From: a virus
Lineage: Duplodnaviria > Caudoviricetes
Virus record (IMG/VR): IMGVR_UViG_3300037634_005573
Coordinates: 9,906-73,905 of that record
Direction: 5' to 3' (one strand)
Length of the DNA stretch: 64,000 bases
The first letter of the stretch is position 1; each line of letters starts with the position of its first letter. This document shows, piece after piece, positions 57,960 to 64,000 of the stretch. The notes below the pieces were generated by a model. It made no database searches and had not been told where the DNA came from. It was given only the letters and a program-made list of their open reading frames with translations. The translations under genes and the position numbers were made by a program.

Positions 57960-59224
57960 GCTACCTCCAAAAGTTCCCAGGATTTATATCCCTTTCTATT
58001 CTCCCACGAACCATAGCGCTCGTGGATGCCGTCCATCAGTTCAACCCAAGATTCGCAAAAAGTCTCAAAGTTATAGTTCTTTTCGACGTGGGCTCGGCCT
58101 AGTTGGCCTAGTGCTTTTCTTTCTTCTTTCGACATATTATACATCTTGTCCAAAGCATTTAAAAAGTCTTCCTTGCATATACGGTCCTCATAAATAAACG
58201 GAACCTGCTGTGAGCCTATAATCGCCTTAGACGACGGCTCTAGACCTATGCCGAACCAGTTTTCTCCGTCGGTTACTTGCTCCTGCAATCCGCCCGTCAT
58301 ATTCACTATAATCGGTGTTCCGCAGGAAAGCGATTCAAGAGTGGCGAGGCCAAAGCCTTCGGCGTCGGAGATATTGATTGTAACGTCTGCAATATTATAC
58401 ATTGCGGCCAATTGGCCGGCATCGACCTTACCTCTGGATAGGGCTACTCTGCCGTCGTTGGCGCCGATCTCGGCCATAATAGCTTCGAGGTCTTGACCGT
58501 TTGGGTCTTTCGGGTCGGTATGCATAATCAAATTAACTTTTTCTGGTCCGACCTTTTCTGCCCATTCGTTGAACCAACAAATCAATGAACCCGACATTTT
58601 GCGGCGAGCGTTTCGGTTGTTCCAGAAGCAGATAAACATATCTTCAGCGTCTTCACCGAACTGTTGTTTTCGGAAATCTGCCACTTGTTCATCTTCTAGC
58701 GGCCGGAAAATCTTCATATCTACGGCGTGGGGCATATAGTGACGTTCAACGCTTGGCGCAACATTCGCGACAATATCATCTGTGACCTTTGAGATCGTTG
58801 CGATGACATCTGTTGATTCATACTTGGATCTATTATACGTTGGAAATGGGTAGTTGTCCCATACGTGATAATATACCATAGGTAGGTGGGGGCGGATTTC
58901 GTTTTCCATATCCCAAAGCCACTCGTAAAAGCGGGGGTCGGTCATAAACCAGAGAATGTCTGGCTTTTGTTGAATTATCATAGACCGGACCATTTCTTGC
59001 GTTCCGTAGCCATCGACAGGATATACTATTAAGTTATCACCCCACTGTTCCGTCTTTTGAGGCTGGTAGTTTTCATGCTTGACTGCGCCGCCGAAGCACA
59101 AAAACTGATAGCGGCCGGTCTCTAGGAGAGTCTCTATCATATACTTCGTTTGTGTTCCCACACCTGACGGGGCAAAGGGATGGTCCGATATAACAAAGAC
59201 CTTAGTCTTCTTCTGTTCGTTCAT
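57956..59224 (-). CDS. Glycosyltransferase family 4
   Basis: PSGVG, NRNARRK, AEGFGLATLESLSCGTP. Confidence 0.9.
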   Translation of the reverse strand: MNEQKKTKVFVISDHPFAPSGVGTQTKYMIETLLETGRYQFLCFGGAVKHENYQPQKTEQWGDNLIVYPVDGYGTQEMVRSMIIQQKPDILWFMTDPRFYEWLWDMENEIRPHLPMVYYHVWDNYPFPTYNRSKYESTDVIATISKVTDDIVANVAPSVERHYMPHAVDMKIFRPLEDEQVADFRKQQFGEDAEDMFICFWNNRNARRKMSGSLICWFNEWAEKVGPEKVNLIMHTDPKDPNGQDLEAIMAEIGANDGRVALSRGKVDAGQLAAMYNIADVTINISDAEGFGLATLESLSCGTPIIVNMTGGLQEQVTDGENWFGIGLEPSSKAIIGSQQVPFIYEDRICKEDFLNALDKMYNMSKEERKALGQLGRAHVEKNYNFETFCESWVELMDGIHERYGSWENRKGYKSWELLEVA

Positions 59225-59231
59225 TTATTCC

Positions 59232-59993
59232 TCAAGTACAATGTTTTGTTTTATAGAAAGGACAATATTTACAAGACAGTCTATTCTTATATACTCTTTT
59301 CTTCTCTATTATTATAACCGCATGTCGAAGAAGTGTCAAGGCATTATTTATCTTTTTTTGACCGGTTGAAATACGAAATATCTCTACTTGGTCCTTCTTC
59401 GCGGTTCTTTTGAGTAATCCAAAATGTGTTTCGATTTGCTCTAACGGGACATTATGCTTCTTCGCCCAAAAGCATTTATACAACACCAACTGATAGCCTA
59501 TGATCTTGTCGGCTTTCTTGCGGGAGTCCCAACCCCAAGAACAAGTTTTCCAGTCGATAATGTGATATTTCTCGTCTGGGGTTTGGATGATAAGATCGAT
59601 ATAGCCTTTAAGTTTTAGGTCAATATCATCGATGTCTTCGTGAAGTTCTTCCTCCACTCCTATGACCTTATACCCAGGGAAAGCAGCGTCAAGCGCATCG
59701 GCAACCTTATCGATTATTCCAGGCGCTTGGGCGTACATACTTTCGCGTAGGCTTTTGTCTACGACATCAGGTTTGAGCTTTCCAACTTCTTCGTTGAAAG
59801 TTTCTATAAAGTATTCTTGCCCTGAATTGTCTTTCTTCAGGGCGATGTTTTCGCATACGCTATGCATAGCAGTGCCGAAGGCCGTGAAGAGATTTCCTGT
59901 GAAATCTTCAAGGCCGTCGGTGTATCTCAGCTTATGCCGATGCGTACACTCATTCCAAAGCTTAAGTTCAGAATAAGATATGTAGTCACGCAC
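59232..59993 (-). CDS. PD-(D/E)XK nuclease (RecB/AddB/Cas4-like, probable Fe-S staple)
   Basis: GYID...IIDWKT; N-terminal Cys plus C-terminal CKYCPFYKTKHC; GTG start. Confidence 0.85.
   Translation of the reverse strand: MRDYISYSELKLWNECTHRHKLRYTDGLEDFTGNLFTAFGTAMHSVCENIALKKDNSGQEYFIETFNEEVGKLKPDVVDKSLRESMYAQAPGIIDKVADALDAAFPGYKVIGVEEELHEDIDDIDLKLKGYIDLIIQTPDEKYHIIDWKTCSWGWDSRKKADKIIGYQLVLYKCFWAKKHNVPLEQIETHFGLLKRTAKKDQVEIFRISTGQKKINNALTLLRHAVIIIEKKRVYKNRLSCKYCPFYKTKHCT
59311..59339 (-). promoter_or_regulatory. Perfect-consensus sigma70 promoter TTGACA-17-TATAAT inside the nuclease gene, facing the glycan operon
   Basis: -35 at 59339-59334, -10 at 59316-59311, 17-nt spacer. Confidence 0.75.
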
Positions 59994-60325
59994 TATTCCT
60001 CCGGTGTGACGGAAACAGTTTTTTTCTTACTACTATTATAACTTCTTTTCTTTGGTTTTGCAACAACTTTTTTCGTTTTTATTACATTTTTCTCAAATAT
60101 CCAAGTGCCAGCTAAAAGCTCCTTCTTAGAATAGTTGGCCAAATAGCCTGTCGCAGGGGAAGTTAAGATGCCCGATGCTTCAATCCCCTCTTCCTTTAGA
60201 TAAGCGAGTATATCACCTTCTCGAATAACAATTTTCTCCGGGCATCGGGGCCATGGCGCCATAGAGGCATGAACCCTCACAGTATCATCTTTTATTTCTA
60301 TTCGTATATTAACATTTTTATTCAT
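59993..60325 (-). CDS. Hypothetical protein with Lys-rich C-terminus
   Basis: MNKNV start has a GAGGA SD; TAGTG coupling. Confidence 0.65.
   Translation of the reverse strand: MNKNVNIRIEIKDDTVRVHASMAPWPRCPEKIVIREGDILAYLKEEGIEASGILTSPATGYLANYSKKELLAGTWIFEKNVIKTKKVVAKPKKRSYNSSKKKTVSVTPEE
60035..60063 (-). promoter_or_regulatory. Sigma70-type promoter TTGCAA-17-TATAAT for the nuclease
   Basis: -35 at 60063-60058, -10 at 60040-60035, 17-nt spacer. Confidence 0.55.
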
Positions 60326-60593
60326 TAGCGGCATCCTCTGTTTCAAATTGTTTTTCGACATCACAAAGCGCCTGGTGATACCCTCTTACCCAGTTTTCTT
60401 CGGCCAAGGCCAAAACAAATTCCGGGAATTCATCGGCAACCACTTCGAGTATCATCTCAACTGTGATGTTCCCATCTTCGGGATTCAGTTTTTCACCTAC
60501 GTGATTAACAATCATCTCTTTCAGGGGTCTTTCTTTGTCGGCCTCTACTGTTTGTTTGAGCAGCGGGCTCTCTCTATCATCTATTGCTTCCAT
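60318..60593 (-). CDS. Hypothetical acidic protein, ~91 aa
   Basis: MEAIDD start has a GAGG SD just after the phoH stop; the longer 60743 start would overlap phoH. Confidence 0.7.
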   Translation of the reverse strand: MEAIDDRESPLLKQTVEADKERPLKEMIVNHVGEKLNPEDGNITVEMILEVVADEFPEFVLALAEENWVRGYHQALCDVEKQFETEDAANE

Positions 60594-60600
60594 TATAACC

Positions 60601-61962
60601 TCATAATATTTTTGCTGCCAGTGAGGCAACGTCTGAACGCTCACCCTTTTTGAGGGTAACGTGTCCGGCGAGTGGCTGGTCCTTGAACCGTTCAACGGCG
60701 TGTGTAAGACCAGAGGACATTTCATTGATATAGATATTATCAATCTGTTCTATATCGCCAGTTAGAACAATTTTTGTACCCTCTCCGACACGAGTCAAGA
60801 TGGTCTTGATCTCGTGACTAGTTAAGTTTTGGGCCTCATCAATAATGATGTAAGCGTTTGATATTGATCGGCCGCGAATATATGTGAGTGCTTCCATTTC
60901 AATCAGGCCATTGCCAAGATATTGGTCCAGAGTGGTTTGCTGGTTTCCAGTCAAGAACTTAAGATTATCTTGAACCGGTGCTAGCCAGGGGGCCATTTTC
61001 TCCATCATAGTGCCGGGCAAAAAACCAATATCCTTACCCATCGGCATCACAGGACGAGAAACAACTAACTTCTTGTATGGACCCTCGGGCTCCCAGAAGT
61101 TATTCGCCAACTCTTTAATGCTCGGGTTCGACACTACCTGCTCCAAGCCGGCCGCTATAGCAATTAATGTTTTACCGGATCCGGCTTTGCCGATTAGGGA
61201 AACTATTTTAATGTCCGGATCCATCAGGAGGTCTATGGCAAATAGTTGTTCTTTATTTCTCGGTCGGATCCCCCAAAGGCCGGACTGGTATTCTGTTATT
61301 TTTCGCAGTGCTGTTGCTGCGTTGGTGTATCTACATAGCGCGGTTTTCTTTTCCACTAGGTTGGAAACAAGCATAATATATTGGTTTGCGTGGAGGCCGG
61401 CGGTCTGTTCTTCGTCCAAATAGATGCTCTCGCCAGAATAGAACCGATCAATCAACTGGTCATCAACGAGGATTTGACCAAAGCCACTGTAAAGTTCAGA
61501 CTCTTCTTTTATAATCTGGTTCTTTTTATAGTCCTCGCTTTGTAATCCAATTGCGTCACAGATGACGCGCATATTGATATCACGACTGACAGCAATCGTT
61601 TTCCTGGTCCCGTTCTCGGTGTCTTCTGATAGGGCGGTGGCGATTATGATATGGTCAGCGACCGAAGAGTCTAGATCGGCAGGAAGGAGGCGGTCGTCGA
61701 TACTGGTTCCGCGGACCTTAAGGATGCCCTTTCCTCTTCCAAGCCTAACACCTTTTTGAAGACTTGCCTTGTCTCTCAACTCATCAAAGGCTCGGATAAT
61801 CCTTCTAGCATTTACTCCAACGCTGTCTTGCCTCTTTTTATGTTTGTCTATCTCTTCTAATACTTTCAGCGGAATAACAATGTCGTTATTGCCATAACTA
61901 TAGATACACTCAGCGTCAGTCAAGCAGACGCTTGTATCAAGAACATAAGTTTTTTTTGCCAT
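60601..61962 (-). CDS. phoH: PhoH-family ATPase with N-terminal PIN domain (YlaK/PhoH2-like)
   Basis: VLDTSV...EEID...ADH...SRDINMR (PIN); GKAGSGKT, GFLPG, TYIRGRS, IIDEAQN, GDIEQID. Confidence 0.92.
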   Translation of the reverse strand: MAKKTYVLDTSVCLTDAECIYSYGNNDIVIPLKVLEEIDKHKKRQDSVGVNARRIIRAFDELRDKASLQKGVRLGRGKGILKVRGTSIDDRLLPADLDSSVADHIIIATALSEDTENGTRKTIAVSRDINMRVICDAIGLQSEDYKKNQIIKEESELYSGFGQILVDDQLIDRFYSGESIYLDEEQTAGLHANQYIMLVSNLVEKKTALCRYTNAATALRKITEYQSGLWGIRPRNKEQLFAIDLLMDPDIKIVSLIGKAGSGKTLIAIAAGLEQVVSNPSIKELANNFWEPEGPYKKLVVSRPVMPMGKDIGFLPGTMMEKMAPWLAPVQDNLKFLTGNQQTTLDQYLGNGLIEMEALTYIRGRSISNAYIIIDEAQNLTSHEIKTILTRVGEGTKIVLTGDIEQIDNIYINEMSSGLTHAVERFKDQPLAGHVTLKKGERSDVASLAAKIL

Positions 61963-61965
61963 AAT

Positions 61966-62232
61966 CTACCATTTTTGTATTGAATCGGAAGAAACCCACA
62001 CTACGGCCTCTTCCGCACTACTAACTAGTTCTAGTTCAGATATAAATGCGCGCTTTGCGAACACTGCGATGAGCCCCTTTCTATCACTGACCCACCTTAA
62101 AGGCCTAACTACGGCGTCTGAGTTAAACACACCACACAACTCTTCGCTGGGGGTCCATCTATTAGAGTCTTTCATTACAGATCCATAGCACACGGTCCCA
62201 CTTGGGACCAGGCTAGTTTTGGCATCCAGCAT
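61966..62232 (-). CDS. Hypothetical protein, 88 aa
   Basis: SD AAGGAG; ends 3 nt before the phoH start. Confidence 0.6.
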   Translation of the reverse strand: MLDAKTSLVPSGTVCYGSVMKDSNRWTPSEELCGVFNSDAVVRPLRWVSDRKGLIAVFAKRAFISELELVSSAEEAVVWVSSDSIQKW

Positions 62233-62253
62233 TCTATTGGGTGCTCCTTATAT

Positions 62254-62706
62254 TTATAGGTTGTTGCTAATATTTTCTATTCGGTCTTTTTCGTAGCTGG
62301 CGTCTTCTACCAGATCAGAAGAACTCCTGATCTTTCCGCCGCCGACATTCCATAGCATTTTTATGCCGATGTCGTCGCATACAACTTTCTCTGGCGTGTT
62401 TGTTTCAACCCTATCGCCTCCATTGGCGAAATAGTCTGGTTTATGTTGCTTCAGAGCATCGCAGACAGTTCCGTCGCTGTCATCGACCGATACCACCTTC
62501 CACACTTCCGCATAACCTTCTATGAGTTCTTTTCGATCTTCCCAGGGTATGAAAACGTAGTTTTTCTTTCGGAATAACCACGCGTCCGAGTTGATCACAA
62601 CAATCACTTTTCCGAACTTGCTGGCCTCTTGGATCATCCTGAGATGTCCAACGTGCAGCGGGTCGAACCCGCCGGAAACCATTACTGTCTTCTCTTTACT
62701 CGTCAT
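62254..62706 (-). CDS. Cytidylyltransferase-like nucleotidyltransferase (TagD/RfaE-II/RibL family)
   Basis: SGGFDPLHVGH (HxGH), NSD, FANGGDR, KIRSSS. Confidence 0.88.
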   Translation of the reverse strand: MTSKEKTVMVSGGFDPLHVGHLRMIQEASKFGKVIVVINSDAWLFRKKNYVFIPWEDRKELIEGYAEVWKVVSVDDSDGTVCDALKQHKPDYFANGGDRVETNTPEKVVCDDIGIKMLWNVGGGKIRSSSDLVEDASYEKDRIENISNNL

Positions 62707-62881
62707 CTTTCACCTTTTCAATAAAGCAGTTCTGGACCTGCATTAGTTCTTCCATTCTGTCTGGATCCATCACATCGGAGAATATCGCATATATTGTGAG
62801 ACTCGATATAACAGAACCAAATACAAGGCCCATAAGAAAGGCCAGATTGAATGTTAAGTATGTTTTTATAAATTTTATCAT
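62696..62881 (-). CDS. Small membrane protein, 61 aa
   Basis: TM LTFNLAFLMGLVFGSVISSLTIYAIF. Confidence 0.6.
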   Translation of the reverse strand: MIKFIKTYLTFNLAFLMGLVFGSVISSLTIYAIFSDVMDPDRMEELMQVQNCFIEKVKDDE

Positions 62882-62922
62882 TTTATCATTTGGTTGAGTT
62901 TGTTTCGTTTAGAAACAAAGTA

Positions 62923-63278
62923 TGGAGGCGTTGGGAGTCGAACCCAAGTCCGCAGCAACTTTCAATTCAAGTCATCCACAAGCTTGTTCTATTTTTTCTA
63001 AAATAGATAAAAACTGATCGAATCCCAACCGCTCTTACGATCATCGAGTCCACCTGCCGAAGCAGGGTAGCCTATCTGTTGATTTTTTATTTTCGCAGGA
63101 ATCTACCTGTTATCCGATGTTGGGTAATAAGGTCATCAGAAACCCCACGAATTAAGCCGCTATGGCCATCTCGAAGTGATTATTGTTATTGGCAATTATC
63201 AAATTATTTGATTTTTTAAGTCATCACGACTGCTTGCACTATTCTCTTCCGTTACCCCGTCGAAGCCGGTGCACCCCC
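62923..63278 (-). ncRNA. ssrA: tmRNA, tag peptide ANNNNHFEMAIAA* (63193-63152)
   Basis: 5' GGGGGUGCACCGGCUUCGACGGGG; 3' T-arm UUGGG-UUCGACU-CCCAA then CGCCUCCA; 7-bp acceptor stem with G3:U70; tag ORF ending AA-stop. Confidence 0.95.
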
Positions 63279-63287
63279 GTAAAAATA

Positions 63288-63785
63288 TTAAACTGTTACA
63301 GTTCCAGAATTATATACATAATAAGTAAAGTTTGACGGGTTTCCGCCGACGGTCAAACCCGGATCATAAGCCACTCCCTCAAGAAAAGTTCTTGCTGGTA
63401 TCATATATTCATTTAGGCCGGCGCCAGGGCCGTAGGCATTTAAACCGCTCAAGCCAGTTGTCGATGCTGATACAGCCCCAGAAAGAAGCACTTGAACGGC
63501 GCTTAGATTAACAATTGTATACGGCTGTGAGTATTTAAAGGCAGTCCAATCAATTGAGCCGGTTGAAGGTTCCCCGGCGGAGTATATAATGACGTTATTT
63601 TGATTCGTTACTACCGTAAAGGTCCCGCCGCCCAGGAGATTAGCTGTAGAACAATGTGTTGTACCATCTACTGTTGTTGCGCTTATCGTACTTGAGGCGC
63701 TGACTGTTGTTGCGGTAAGGGTCGTTGTAGTTAGGTTTGGAACTGTGCTTAAAGTAGCTCTATTTAGTTGATTTCGTTTAGCCAT
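63288..63785 (-). CDS. Thr/Ser-rich hypothetical protein (possible fibre/decoration)
   Basis: LTTTTLTATTVSASSTISATTV; GGAG SD; octamer upstream. Confidence 0.7.
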   Translation of the reverse strand: MAKRNQLNRATLSTVPNLTTTTLTATTVSASSTISATTVDGTTHCSTANLLGGGTFTVVTNQNNVIIYSAGEPSTGSIDWTAFKYSQPYTIVNLSAVQVLLSGAVSASTTGLSGLNAYGPGAGLNEYMIPARTFLEGVAYDPGLTVGGNPSNFTYYVYNSGTVTV

Positions 63786-63809
63786 TTGTATTTCTCCGAG
63801 TATTCATAG

Positions 63810-63817
63810 TATATAGT
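63810..63817 (-). promoter_or_regulatory. Putative late-promoter octamer ACTATATA
   Basis: 25 nt upstream of ATG 63785. Confidence 0.45.
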
Positions 63818-63821
63818 TGGT

Positions 63822-64000
63822 TCAGCCGTTAAAAAACCGGTCTAGACCATATATTTTTTTGAATTCGTAAAATTTCACTTCCGGCATCCCTATGAAGGAC
63901 ATAGCCTCTTTCTGTGTTCTTGTACAAGAGTAGGCGAACTTGAAAACAGCCTCTCTTACAATATCTGGTATTGCTTTCCATATCGGTATGCCGTATAGCC
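63822..64000 (-). CDS. 3' end of a gene with Fis-type HTH-like C-terminus (partial)
   Basis: Open frame ...LYGIPIWKAIPDIVREAVFKFAYSCTRTQKEAMSFIGMPEVKFYEFKKIYGLDRFFNG* (translated by hand). Confidence 0.6.
   Translation of the reverse strand, partial: LYGIPIWKAIPDIVREAVFKFAYSCTRTQKEAMSFIGMPEVKFYEFKKIYGLDRFFNG

Noticed and set aside
67-61759. Numerous plus-strand and short alternative-frame ORFs in the ORF track (e.g. 67..555, 38396..38848, 34217..34711)
   Set aside because: They lie antisense to or inside long motif-bearing minus-strand genes, lack SD signals and show no recognisable motifs
62251-62258. T4 late promoter TATAAATA upstream of the 88-aa gene
   Set aside because: Single noticed instance, overlapping a stop codon in AT-rich sequence; not the recurring motif
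62899-62919. Hairpin TTTGTTTC-N5-GAAACAAA just downstream of the tmRNA as a terminator
   Set aside because: AT-rich weak stem with no U-tract on the minus strand
62923-62950. Separate tRNA gene
   Set aside because: The T-arm and acceptor belong to the tmRNA; no anticodon arm or independent cloverleaf
1-64000. CRISPR array or cas operon
   Set aside because: No regularly spaced repeats seen; the Cas4-like gene has no cas neighbours
1-64000. Genome-wide stop-codon reassignment (code 15 or 4)
   Set aside because: Genes are intact under the standard code and TAG, TGA and TAA all end well-defined proteins
1-64000. Eukaryotic giant-virus or bacterial chromosome origin
   Set aside because: SD sequences, sigma70 promoters, tmRNA, gp25/gp6 baseplate genes and a gp55-like sigma indicate a bacteriophage; no housekeeping genes seen
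1-64000. Inteins, group I/II introns, integrase or transposase
   Set aside because: No split conserved genes, homing-endonuclease motifs or unexplained long gaps noticed

Overview
A gene-dense segment of a large myovirus-like (jumbo-type) dsDNA phage genome, with every credible gene on the minus strand. Left to right: (i) DNA metabolism (fused SbcD-SbcC/Mre11-Rad50, Zn-finger/Toprim primase, RuvC-like resolvase) interleaved with small acidic proteins sharing MKL... leaders; (ii) a ~33-kb virion/baseplate module (7.2-39.9 kb) with gp6-, gp25- and gp7/gpI-like (2904 aa, LamG domains) proteins, a DNRLRE-like protein, a 2489-aa unknown, a spike candidate and an OB-fold+M15 peptidase; (iii) a gp55-like sigma factor and an FmdB Zn-ribbon; (iv) a 20-gene, ~17.8-kb nucleotide-sugar/glycosyltransferase operon (Gmd, Fcl, dehydrogenase, Gfo oxidoreductase, DegT aminotransferase, two formyltransferases, radical SAM, about 8 GT-like genes) with no recognisable flippase, polymerase or membrane initiator; (v) a Cas4/RecB-like nuclease, PIN-PhoH, a cytidylyltransferase and a complete tmRNA (tag ANNNNHFEMAIAA). 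Two promoter classes are visible: 17-bp-spaced sigma70 promoters before DNA-metabolism and glycosylation genes, and an ACTA(T/A/C)(T/A)TA octamer before presumed virion genes. Functional calls come from motifs read by eye; no database searches were run.
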